Shown piece by piece: positions 47,125-55,815 of a stretch of DNA of 56,557 nucleotides. A program made the position numbers and the translations under genes. Below the pieces are notes generated by a model. The model did no database searches, had not been told where the DNA came from, and worked only from the letters and a program-made list of their open reading frames with translations. The DNA is from a virus (taxonomy: Duplodnaviria > Caudoviricetes): positions 1 to 56,557 of the IMG/VR virus record IMGVR_UViG_3300034109_000654; one strand, given 5' to 3'. The number at the start of each line of letters is the position of its first letter. Position 1 is the stretch's first letter.

Positions 47125-48777
47125 GTGACGTTCCAACTGCCCGACGAGTTGCCGATCACTCCCGAGGAACTGACCTCGCTGCGTGACCAGGCCACCGCCG
47201 ATATCACCGATATTCAGCGCCGCTACGAAGCGGGTGAGGAATTGTCCGACGCCGATGTGGAGGGCTTGACCACTCTGCTCGACGCGGTGGATTCCCTCAA
47301 CTCCGCTCTGGCGGCGGCAGAGGCCGAAGCCGAGGCACACCGTGCCGCCGTGGCCGAGGTCATCGAGCGGTCCAAAGCGGCCACCGCCGAGCCGGTCCTC
47401 GAGGAGGCCGTCGTGGAGGAAACCGAGGACGACAGGTACAGCGGCGACGACGTCGCCGAGCCGGTCGCAGTCGCCGCGTCCGCTCCTGCTCCGGTCACCT
47501 TTGCCGGTGCCGGTGCCACCGAGCCGCCGGCCGAGGAGACCGGACCGGGCTGGGAGATGGTTCCCGGTGCGCCGGGCTGGCGACCCGGAAAGATCGGGTT
47601 CAAGGAGATGGGTGCCGCCATCGACTCCGTGCGCGGTCACAACGCACGGGTTCGCCCCAACCGCTCCGATGTCCGTTCAATGGCCGCCCGCGGCCTGGCC
47701 CAGTTGTCCCGGCAGATGACCGTGGTCAACGACAGCCACGAACTGGTGCGTGAGATCGAGCGGGCCACCTCCGAGATCCCCGGATACGGCAAGGTGACCG
47801 CTCAGGCTCTCACCGCAGCCGGTGGCTGGTGCGCCCCGTCGGAGCAGATCTACACGTTCTGCGACGTGCCCGAGGCCACCGACCTCATCAGCCTGCCGGA
47901 AATCGCCATCAACCGTGGCGGCATCCGCTGGCCGGTGGAGCCGGACCTCTCGGCGATCTTCGAGAGCTACGAGTTCTTCTTCACCGAGCCGGAACTGGAA
48001 GCAGTCGACGCCGACGGTCACCCGACCGCCATCAAGCACTGCGTCGAGATCCCCTGCCCCGATGAGTTCGTCGAGATGCGGCTCAACGCTGTGGGCTACT
48101 GCGTGGAGGCGGGCATTCTGCAGCGGCAGGGCTGGCCCGAGTCCATCGAATGGTTCCTGCGGTCGCTGACCCAGGAGCACTTCCGGGCGCTGAGCCGGCG
48201 CACCATTCTCGACATGGTGGCCGGGTCCACGCCGAAGAAGATCACCGCCGATCAGGTCAACGCGACCTCCTCAGTGCTCAACTCGATTGCGCTGATGGCC
48301 ACCAACCTTCGGCTCAACCGTGGGTTGAGCCGAAGCGCCACCATCGAAGGTGTCGCACCGAACTGGTTGCACGAGGTGCTGCGCGCCGATCTGGCGCTCA
48401 TGCAGGGCCGCAACAACCTGGCCGTGGGTGACGGTGAGATCAGCGGTTGGCTCAACGCCCGCAACATCTCGCTGCAGTTCGTCGGTGACTGGCAGACCCG
48501 TGGTGTGGGCGAGCCGGGCCACCTGGACACGATGAAGTGGCCGAGCAAGGTCAACGTGCTGCTCTACCCGGCGGGGACCTGGTTCCGGTCGCTGAGCAAC
48601 ATCATCGAGGTCGGGGTGCTCTACCCGAAGGAACAGTTGCAAATCAACCGCTACACCGAGTTCTTCACCGAGGACGCGATTGCGGTCGGCAAGCGGTGCA
48701 ACCACTCGCTGAACGTCGAAATCCCGATCTGCCCGACCGGCGGATACGGGGCTCCGGTCGAGATCACCTGCTCCTGA
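47125..48777 (+). CDS. Major capsid protein with N-terminal scaffold-like segment
   Basis: Acidic coiled-coil N-terminus then ALTAAGGWCAPSE, LISLPEI...RGGI, KHCVEIPCP. Confidence 0.9.
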   Translation: MTFQLPDELPITPEELTSLRDQATADITDIQRRYEAGEELSDADVEGLTTLLDAVDSLNSALAAAEAEAEAHRAAVAEVIERSKAATAEPVLEEAVVEETEDDRYSGDDVAEPVAVAASAPAPVTFAGAGATEPPAEETGPGWEMVPGAPGWRPGKIGFKEMGAAIDSVRGHNARVRPNRSDVRSMAARGLAQLSRQMTVVNDSHELVREIERATSEIPGYGKVTAQALTAAGGWCAPSEQIYTFCDVPEATDLISLPEIAINRGGIRWPVEPDLSAIFESYEFFFTEPELEAVDADGHPTAIKHCVEIPCPDEFVEMRLNAVGYCVEAGILQRQGWPESIEWFLRSLTQEHFRALSRRTILDMVAGSTPKKITADQVNATSSVLNSIALMATNLRLNRGLSRSATIEGVAPNWLHEVLRADLALMQGRNNLAVGDGEISGWLNARNISLQFVGDWQTRGVGEPGHLDTMKWPSKVNVLLYPAGTWFRSLSNIIEVGVLYPKEQLQINRYTEFFTEDAIAVGKRCNHSLNVEIPICPTGGYGAPVEITCS

Positions 48778-48864
48778 CCGACAGGACGTGCCGAGACCAG
48801 GCGGGCGGTGTGAGCACCAGAGGCCGCTCACACCGTCCGCCTTCCGGCGCAGAAGGGACTGACG

Positions 48865-49749
48865 ATGACCTCCCCAGAGCAACTAGGCAAGCTCTACCCG
48901 CCACACAGCCCCGCCGTTGGTGACGGGCTCTACGACGACGCAGGACAGCCCCACGTCGACGGGCTCTATGACCCGCGATCCGGCAGCGCGGGGGACCGCT
49001 GGACGCCGCTGTTCTACCCTCCCTACCTGCCGCCGCCGCGCGGCCTGTATGACGTGGTGACCTGGGTGCAGGACGGCGGCACGCCGCTGCGCTTCCTGGA
49101 AGGGCTTCAAGTCCGGCTGACCAACGTCGATCTGGACACCCAGTTCGGAGTCTGGGGCGAGGACTGGTGCGCCGACCCGGACTCCATCACCGACACCAAG
49201 GCCAAGGACCGCCCCGACGCGGTGACCGCCGACTTCGAGGCCATGACTGTGTACGGCTTCGACCAGAACCAGTGCGGGGACCTGTCCAGGGATTCTCGCG
49301 CAGAGGTCCGCACCCGGGCGGCCCAGGTGCTGGCAGTGACCGAACAGATCGCGGTGGAGACCACTCTGGCTCCGCGGCTGCTGGCAGACGCTCCGACAGC
49401 TGTGACAGCTTCGTCTGTCACAGATGCGGTAAGCCTGCTCGAGGTCGGTCTGGCCAAGGCCGGGCTGACCGGCTACCTGCACGCCAGCCCCAAGTGGGCC
49501 GCGTATCTGGCCGAGCACCGGCTGAACCTGGGTGGGCGCAGCCCGATGGGCCACATGTGGGCGTTCGGCGGCGGTTACGCCGACACGTTGGGCGACACCA
49601 TCGTCGGGACTACCGCCGTGTTCGGGTGGCGCGGCCCGATCACTCTGCGGGACGCCATCAAGTACGAGCTGAACCAGTATGTGGCCGTGGCCGAGAGGTC
49701 GCTGCTGATCGCCTACGAGACCGCTGTGGTGGCGGTCAAGGTCGGATAG
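48865..49749 (+). CDS. Capsid-associated structural protein
   Basis: Follows the major capsid gene; EQIAVE, FGGGY and AERS motifs. Confidence 0.6.
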   Translation: MTSPEQLGKLYPPHSPAVGDGLYDDAGQPHVDGLYDPRSGSAGDRWTPLFYPPYLPPPRGLYDVVTWVQDGGTPLRFLEGLQVRLTNVDLDTQFGVWGEDWCADPDSITDTKAKDRPDAVTADFEAMTVYGFDQNQCGDLSRDSRAEVRTRAAQVLAVTEQIAVETTLAPRLLADAPTAVTASSVTDAVSLLEVGLAKAGLTGYLHASPKWAAYLAEHRLNLGGRSPMGHMWAFGGGYADTLGDTIVGTTAVFGWRGPITLRDAIKYELNQYVAVAERSLLIAYETAVVAVKVG

Positions 49750-49759
49750 GAGAAACACC

Positions 49760-50497
49760 ATGCCCGCTGGCATCGAAGCAGTCGTCGAGGACGGATTCGC
49801 CACCGTCGACTTCATCAACAAGTCTCTGCGCGGACCCGCCTTGGAGAAACTGCGCAAGGCCGGGTCGAAGGTGACCAAGGAAACCCGCGTGGGTCCTCGC
49901 GCCCGGTACGTCATGCCTGAGGCTGATGCCCGCGCTGCGGGTCTGATCGACGGTGCCACCGGGCCGGGCCCGCTGAAGTACGGCGACACCGGGTTCGCCA
50001 AGGTGTTGCAGGACGTGGGGATGGAAGGTGCTCGCCCGGAGCAGCCCACCATCCGTAACCATTACAGCGGTGCCACCCCGGCAGCCGCTGTGATGGCCAT
50101 TCCCGGCCCGTCGACGACTGTGAGCGGGTCTAAGCCGGATAACCGGATCGTGACTCCGATTCACGGTTCGGTGGATCAGTACGGCCTTTACGGGCTTCCG
50201 GTCACTGCCGGTGACGGTTCCGGTGTGGCTGCCGATGGTGTCATCGACTATGTGGAGCCGACCACCATCCACTCCCCGGCGATCACGCGGCCTCCGACCA
50301 CCGAGCACATCACGCTGGATGCGCCTCGTCAGACCCCGCCCAGCGGAGTGGTGACCACCGTTCCGCGTGGGGCCGCGGCGCCGGATATGACGTGGACGGT
50401 GGCCGACCTCAAGCAGTACGCCGCCGACAACGGCATCGACCTGGGTGCGGCCACCAGGAAGTCCGACATTCTCGCCACCATTCAGGCGGCGGGCTGA
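49760..50497 (+). CDS. Putative virion protein with C-terminal HeH-like domain
   Basis: WTVADLKQYAADNGIDLGAATRKSDILA; AGGAG RBS. Confidence 0.65.
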   Translation: MPAGIEAVVEDGFATVDFINKSLRGPALEKLRKAGSKVTKETRVGPRARYVMPEADARAAGLIDGATGPGPLKYGDTGFAKVLQDVGMEGARPEQPTIRNHYSGATPAAAVMAIPGPSTTVSGSKPDNRIVTPIHGSVDQYGLYGLPVTAGDGSGVAADGVIDYVEPTTIHSPAITRPPTTEHITLDAPRQTPPSGVVTTVPRGAAAPDMTWTVADLKQYAADNGIDLGAATRKSDILATIQAAG

Positions 50498-50570
50498 TTG
50501 CACGGCGGTGCGCTTGACTGAGCGCATGGCCTCGAAGAATGACCGAGAAACCACCAGGAGGTAGCGGCGC

Positions 50571-51374
50571 ATGAGCGTCTTTCCCGTGGTCAAGGGCCTC
50601 CGGCTCCGCGCCACCAAAATCAACCGGTGCGGCCTGCCGATGTCCGGCAATGCCAATCGGCTCGTCACCGAAGGCTTCGTCTCCGTTCGGCTCAGTCCGG
50701 TGATGAAGGACGCTCAGGAGCTCGAGCAGGAGAACGCCGAGGGCAGGGTGTGCGTCCAGGACCGCACTCCGGCGATCCGCAAGCACTTCAACGTCGAGCT
50801 GGAGTTGTGCAACGTCAACACCGGCCTGATCGCCATGTTCAGCGGGTGGAGCCAGGTAATCGACTTCGCCAACAACCCCATCGGGTTCCAGGATTCTCCC
50901 AACGTGGACGATCAGTACGGGGTCGTCTTAGAGGTGTGGACCGGCGGTCGTTCCGACGAGGACTGCGAGCCGCAGAAGCTGGACACCGTGTTCACCACGC
51001 CCAGCACGGGGATCAACTACGGCTACCTGCTGTTCGGGGCCACCGAGTTCACTCTGGGCAACATCGAGATCGGCGCGAGCATCTCGACGTTCACTCTGAG
51101 CGGGATCACCATTCCGATCCCCCAGTGGGGTCGTGGGCCGTACAACGTCGCCGCCACCAACTCCACCGGCACTGCCGGTCGGCTGTTGGCCCCGGTGGAC
51201 GACGACGCCCACTTCACGATGTTCCGCACTCCGGTGGCACCGCCGGCCCCGACGCCGGGTTCGCGTCCGGCCAAGCTGGACATCCCCGGCAAGTTCACCG
51301 GCACCACCTACTACTTCGGTGGTCCGACGAACGCCCCGGCCGCCGCTATCGCCCCGGCGCAAACCGACACCTGA
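50571..51374 (+). CDS. Major tail protein
   Basis: VKGLRLRATKINRCG, EQENAEGRVCV, ELCNV, LEVWTG, WGRGPYNV; AGGAGG RBS. Confidence 0.85.
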   Translation: MSVFPVVKGLRLRATKINRCGLPMSGNANRLVTEGFVSVRLSPVMKDAQELEQENAEGRVCVQDRTPAIRKHFNVELELCNVNTGLIAMFSGWSQVIDFANNPIGFQDSPNVDDQYGVVLEVWTGGRSDEDCEPQKLDTVFTTPSTGINYGYLLFGATEFTLGNIEIGASISTFTLSGITIPIPQWGRGPYNVAATNSTGTAGRLLAPVDDDAHFTMFRTPVAPPAPTPGSRPAKLDIPGKFTGTTYYFGGPTNAPAAAIAPAQTDT

Positions 51375-51847
51375 TGAACGTCCTGCCCGTCGCAGCCATC
51401 CTGCTCGCGGTGCTGTTCGTTCTTCTGGGACAACTGAATAGCTTTCACGCCTTACGCCGCGTGGCCGAGGCGCACACCGCATATCTGGATAGGAGACTGG
51501 AAGTGTCAACACAAGCCGTAGTCGACGCTCTCGTCGCTCAGCTGGCCAAGGCCAAGGACGAGATCGTCGCCAAGCTGGAAGCCGCCACCAGCAACGTGCA
51601 GTCGCAGCTGGTGGACGCCGGAGTCGCAGATCAGGTCGATCTGTCGGCGCTGGCTGCCATCGCGCAGCAGCTGGACGACATCGTGCCCGACGAGGTGGCC
51701 GTGGACCCCGAGGTCGACGAGGCCGTCGAGGGTGACGAGGTCGAACTGGTCGAGGTCGACGACACCGACGAGGGTGTCGAGGTCGATGAGGCCGTCGAGG
51801 ACTTCGACGAGGCTGTCGAGGACTTCAACGAGCCCGAGAACGCCTGA
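51374..51847 (+). CDS. Acidic-tailed protein (alternative start 51503)
   Basis: TGATG coupling; internal AGGAG RBS; EVDEAVE repeats. Confidence 0.55.
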   Translation: MNVLPVAAILLAVLFVLLGQLNSFHALRRVAEAHTAYLDRRLEVSTQAVVDALVAQLAKAKDEIVAKLEAATSNVQSQLVDAGVADQVDLSALAAIAQQLDDIVPDEVAVDPEVDEAVEGDEVELVEVDDTDEGVEVDEAVEDFDEAVEDFNEPENA

Positions 51848-51865
51848 GGGTAAGGAGAAGTCGTC

Positions 51866-52108
51866 GTGGCGACAGCACGCAATACCGGCACCGTGGTGGT
51901 CGAGGGAAGCCTCACTCCGGCGGTCGGCCATCCCCGTCGAGGCGTCAAGATCGAGGTTCCGCTGACCGACAACGTCAAGGACCTCGAGGCCAGGGGATTC
52001 ATCTTCATCCACCCCTCGGGCACCGCCCCTGATTCCGGTGCCGTGGAGGCTCCCGTGGAGCCGGTGGAGTCTGCCGCGCCGGCCGACGGCGACGGCGACA
52101 AGAAATAA
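51866..52108 (+). CDS. Small hypothetical protein
   Basis: AAGGAG RBS; ends at the terminator. Confidence 0.65.
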   Translation: MATARNTGTVVVEGSLTPAVGHPRRGVKIEVPLTDNVKDLEARGFIFIHPSGTAPDSGAVEAPVEPVESAAPADGDGDKK

Positions 52109-52129
52109 ACCGCGTCCCCCGACGCAGAA

Positions 52130-52163
52130 GAAACCCCCGGCCACCCTTCGGGCCGGGGGTTTC
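52130..52163. terminator. Bidirectional terminator
   Basis: gaaacccccggcc-acccttcg-ggccgggggtttc between convergent operons. Confidence 0.85.
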
Positions 52164-52173
52164 CTCGTTTGCG

Positions 52174-53355
52174 CTACTCGCTGACGAGCCAGTCGTCGAT
52201 CGCGCTCTTGAGCAGCAGTGCCTGGTCGGCGTCGAGCTTGGCGACGGCTCTGTTGTGTCCGTTCAGGGACTGCACGCGCACCGTCAGCAGCTCATCGTCG
52301 CCAACGATGACCAACCGGTGATGGTTGGCGGTGTTGATCGGCCCGGTCACTCGTCGAGCTCCGCGCTCTTGGCGGTCCACTCGATGTCCGAGTAGTCCGA
52401 CAGCACGCAGCTGTTCCCCAGCGCCGAGAAGATCAGGTCGGAGCTGGACTCGTCGACCTCGGATACCGCCTCGTCACCGTCGCGGGCCTGCACGTTGACG
52501 TTGGCGTAGAACGTCAGCGTGACCTGGGTGCGGACGCTGTACTGCTTGCGGCGGGGGTCGAGCTTGAGAACCGTGAACTGATCGTTGAGTTGGTCGACAA
52601 CGTCGTCGTATTCGCTGCACCAGTCGCGCTCGTTGGACTCCTCGATGAGCCTGCTGTTGAGGATGCCCCAGTCGGACTTGGCGTTGGTGAAGTTCTGCTC
52701 GGCCACCTCGAGGCGGCGCTGGACCTGGGCGAGCTGCTCGACCAACGTGTTGATGCGATGCTGCTGCACCTCGGTGCGCTGCAGCAGGCTCTCGCGGGTC
52801 TCGGTGTTGTCGATGGTGTCGGTCACGGTCACTTCTCCTTCGGGGTCAGGTGGTCGATGATGGCGGGGATGTCGATGTCGTCGATGAGGACGGCGGCGTG
52901 GCGTTTGTCGTTGTTGCCGGTGACGGTGAACTTGTAGCCGCCGTCGTAGGCTTCGATGAGCAGGCCGTGTTTGGTGCCGGTGCTGCTCAGGCCGTAGATA
53001 CCGAGGGTCGGCTGGATCACAGCCCCTCCATCGACTTCAACGGCCACTGGTGGGCGTCGTAGCTGCGGAACATGCCCGCGTAGTAGGCGGCGGCGCTGAC
53101 CTCGTCGGCGTAGACGTGGACTCGCTTGCCGTGCTCGAACTCCTTGCCGCCGCGGATGAACACCCGGGTGACGGTGTAGTCGTCGATGGGGGTGAGCTGA
53201 ACGCGGACGCGGTAGCCGTTGGAGACCGGCAGTTCGATGCCGTCGGGGATCGGGGTGACCCGGCCCCCGCTGATCGACAGAATCGCCATGAGGCTGATCT
53301 GCCGCACCATCTCCTGACGCTGGGCGTCCTCGATGGTGAAGGTGGATGATGTCAC
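52174..53355 (-). CDS. Four-gene leftward operon inside the structural module (52174-about 52350, 52347-52832, 52829-about 53020, 53017-53355)
   Basis: GTGA couplings; early-type promoter/leader at 53364-53407. Confidence 0.7.
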
Positions 53356-53466
53356 GGGCGTGCTTCCTTTCTCGGTGGGTGATGCCCTGCCTTACTCCCT
53401 TAGTTTATCAACAGTAATAGGCATTTACTATCTCTGCGCCGCACTGGTTCGGACTAATCTCGGGCC

Positions 53467-54216
53467 ATGTCCTGCAACTGGCCGGTAGACGACAGCTGCC
53501 TTCCCCCACTGCCTCTCGAGGACGATCCGAACTACCAGAGCCAGCTACGCGACCGGATGGCTGCCTGCGATCTGGCGGTCAGTGTTCTGTGGTCGCTGTC
53601 GGGCCGCCAGTTCGGGGTGTGTGAGACCCTGGCCCGCCCCTGCCCTCCCGGCATGTGCGGGGGAGGGTTCAAGGCCGGATCGACGTGGAACCAGACCGTG
53701 GCCCCGTTCATCCCCACCTACGAGTTCGGCAGGTGGATCAACTACACCTGTGGCTGCACCGGACGGTGCACCGCACCGGGACCGCGCACCGTCCATCTGC
53801 CGGGCCCGGTACAGGCAATCGTCACAGTGACGATTAACGGTGACATGCTCGACCCCTGCGAGTACGCGCTGGAAGGCGACATGCTCTACCGGAAGGGCAC
53901 AAACTGGCCTGCCCAGGACTACAACAAGCCACTGGACGAGAACGGAACGTGGTCGGTGACCTACCTCAAGGGTGTCCCCGTCCCCGAGGGAGTCGCCGCC
54001 TTCGTCGGCCAGCTGGCGCGGGAGTTCCTCGCCGCCTGCTCCGGTGACGCCTGCCGGCTGCCCCGCAATGTCGTCGCCACCACCAACCGCGGAGTGAGCC
54101 GGGTGTTCGACCCGTCGATCATGTACGCCAACGGCAAGACCGGGCTCTCCGAGATCGACCTGTGGCTGGCAGCGGTCAACCCCTACGCCGTGATGGCCGC
54201 GCCGAGGGTGATGTGA
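53467..54216 (+). CDS. Head-to-tail adaptor
   Basis: LWSLSGRQFGVC...RPC, LPGPV, CRLP, KTGLSEIDLWL...NP. Confidence 0.75.
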   Translation: MSCNWPVDDSCLPPLPLEDDPNYQSQLRDRMAACDLAVSVLWSLSGRQFGVCETLARPCPPGMCGGGFKAGSTWNQTVAPFIPTYEFGRWINYTCGCTGRCTAPGPRTVHLPGPVQAIVTVTINGDMLDPCEYALEGDMLYRKGTNWPAQDYNKPLDENGTWSVTYLKGVPVPEGVAAFVGQLAREFLAACSGDACRLPRNVVATTNRGVSRVFDPSIMYANGKTGLSEIDLWLAAVNPYAVMAAPRVM

Positions 54217-54707
54217 GCGAGCACTGCCACGACCGCGCCTCCGATGTCGTCAACACGGTCATCACCGCGCTCAAAGACGTGTACGGCCCCGGTCTGGACT
54301 GCCCACCGCTGGGCGGCACCACCACGACGGTGAGGTTCTTCGCCGGGGACGGTGCCCCCATCGAGGAGATTCACTGCGACAGCCCGCTGCTGTGGGTGCG
54401 CCTGATGTCCCGGCACCGGTCGGTGGACTTCCCCGAGCCGGACCTGATCGCCTCTCCCTGCGGGGCGATGGACGTGATCGTCCTCGAGGTCGGTGTGGCT
54501 CGCTGCGCCGACATGGACCCCACCGCATCGGTGCGGGCCGGTGAGGCCGAGATCGCCCTGGACGACACCTGGCGCATCTCCAAGGCGATGTGCCTGGTGT
54601 CCAGCCGTCTCAAGAACGACCACTTGGTCGGCACCGACGTGATCGAGCCCTACGGCCCCGAGGGCGGGGTCATCGCCTGGACCTCGACCCTGTACGTCAG
54701 CGTCTGA
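54213..54707 (+). CDS. Tail completion/terminator-like protein
   Basis: GTGA coupling; LWVRL, EVGVARC, PYGPEGG. Confidence 0.6.
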   Translation: MSEHCHDRASDVVNTVITALKDVYGPGLDCPPLGGTTTTVRFFAGDGAPIEEIHCDSPLLWVRLMSRHRSVDFPEPDLIASPCGAMDVIVLEVGVARCADMDPTASVRAGEAEIALDDTWRISKAMCLVSSRLKNDHLVGTDVIEPYGPEGGVIAWTSTLYVSV

Positions 54708-55309
54708 TGACCAAGATCACCCTGTCGGAGTCCCTGACGCTCGAGGTCGACAACCAGCGGCAGCTGATGGTCAAGTGCCACCCGATGTTCAGGCGGGAGC
54801 TCAACAAGATTCTGCGGGAGATCAAGGAGGAAGCCCGCGAGCACGTCCGGCGGCAGCACCACATCACCGGGGCGCTGATGCGCTCGATTCAGGTCGGCGA
54901 TGTCAAGACCGTGTCCGGAGGGCAGCGGTTGCAGGGCACCGTCAAGGCCGGATCGCGGCTGTGTCGCTACGCCTGGTACGTCCACGAGGGCACCGATCGG
55001 CACCGGATGCCCCGCGAGGGCGAGAGCATGGGCCGGGGGTCGATGCGGTTCTGGATGCCTGAGCGCCCCAGCCGCAGCTACACCGTGTCAGACAACAAGT
55101 GGGTGAATCAGAACAAGATCGGTGCTCCGATGAGGCTCATCAAATCGACCAAGACCATCACCATCGGCGGCGGTCCCGGCATCGGGGACACCAAACGGGT
55201 CAACCACCCCGGATACAAGGGCGACCCGTTCCTGCACAAGGCCGCGATCCGGGTGGTCCGCAAGTACGGCGGCGCACGCAAGCAGCGGGACGGCACCTGG
55301 ATCAGATGA
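54707..55309 (+). CDS. HK97 gp10-like neck protein
   Basis: TGALMRSI, YAWYVHEGT, VNHPGYKGDPFL. Confidence 0.7.
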   Translation: MTKITLSESLTLEVDNQRQLMVKCHPMFRRELNKILREIKEEAREHVRRQHHITGALMRSIQVGDVKTVSGGQRLQGTVKAGSRLCRYAWYVHEGTDRHRMPREGESMGRGSMRFWMPERPSRSYTVSDNKWVNQNKIGAPMRLIKSTKTITIGGGPGIGDTKRVNHPGYKGDPFLHKAAIRVVRKYGGARKQRDGTWIR

Positions 55310-55370
55310 CAATGCACCCCAAGGTGGCATTGTCCGAATCAACCTCTACACCGAAAGGTACGGCCTCGAC

Positions 55371-55787
55371 ATGAGTTCTCCTGCTGCCTCCAACGACTTC
55401 ACCGATCTGGTGGAACCCGCCGACAAGAACGCCGCGCCATCCGAGACCCCCGAGGAGCACGTCCTCGACCGGGACTGGCCCCACCAGCGCTTGGAGTTCC
55501 TCGGCGACAACCTGGCGGTGCGGATTCCCACTCAGCAGGCGCTGGCCGGGTTCTCCCTGGCCTCCTCGAAGTACGTCCCCAATCAGGTCAAGAACGACAT
55601 GACCGGGCTGTTCCTGACCGAGCACATCGGGCCGGAGTCCTACGGCCGGGTCATGCAGCGCCTCATGGACGGCGACGACCCCGACTACACCACTGAGAGC
55701 ATCGGGGCGATGATGCGCGAAATCGTTCTTCTGGGGGTCAAGGAGCCCGTCGAGGAGCCCGACGATCAGCCTGACGTGGCCGAATAA
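55371..55787 (+). CDS. Tail assembly chaperone
   Basis: Acidic 138-aa ORF immediately before the tape measure gene. Confidence 0.65.
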   Translation: MSSPAASNDFTDLVEPADKNAAPSETPEEHVLDRDWPHQRLEFLGDNLAVRIPTQQALAGFSLASSKYVPNQVKNDMTGLFLTEHIGPESYGRVMQRLMDGDDPDYTTESIGAMMREIVLLGVKEPVEEPDDQPDVAE

Positions 55788-55815
55788 CGCCACCCCTGAT
55801 CGTTAGCCTGAGCCC

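Noticed and set aside
55700-55815. Programmed frameshift in the tail assembly chaperone
   Set aside because: No clear slippery heptamer, and the tape measure gene starts 29 bp after the chaperone stop, leaving no room for an extended product.
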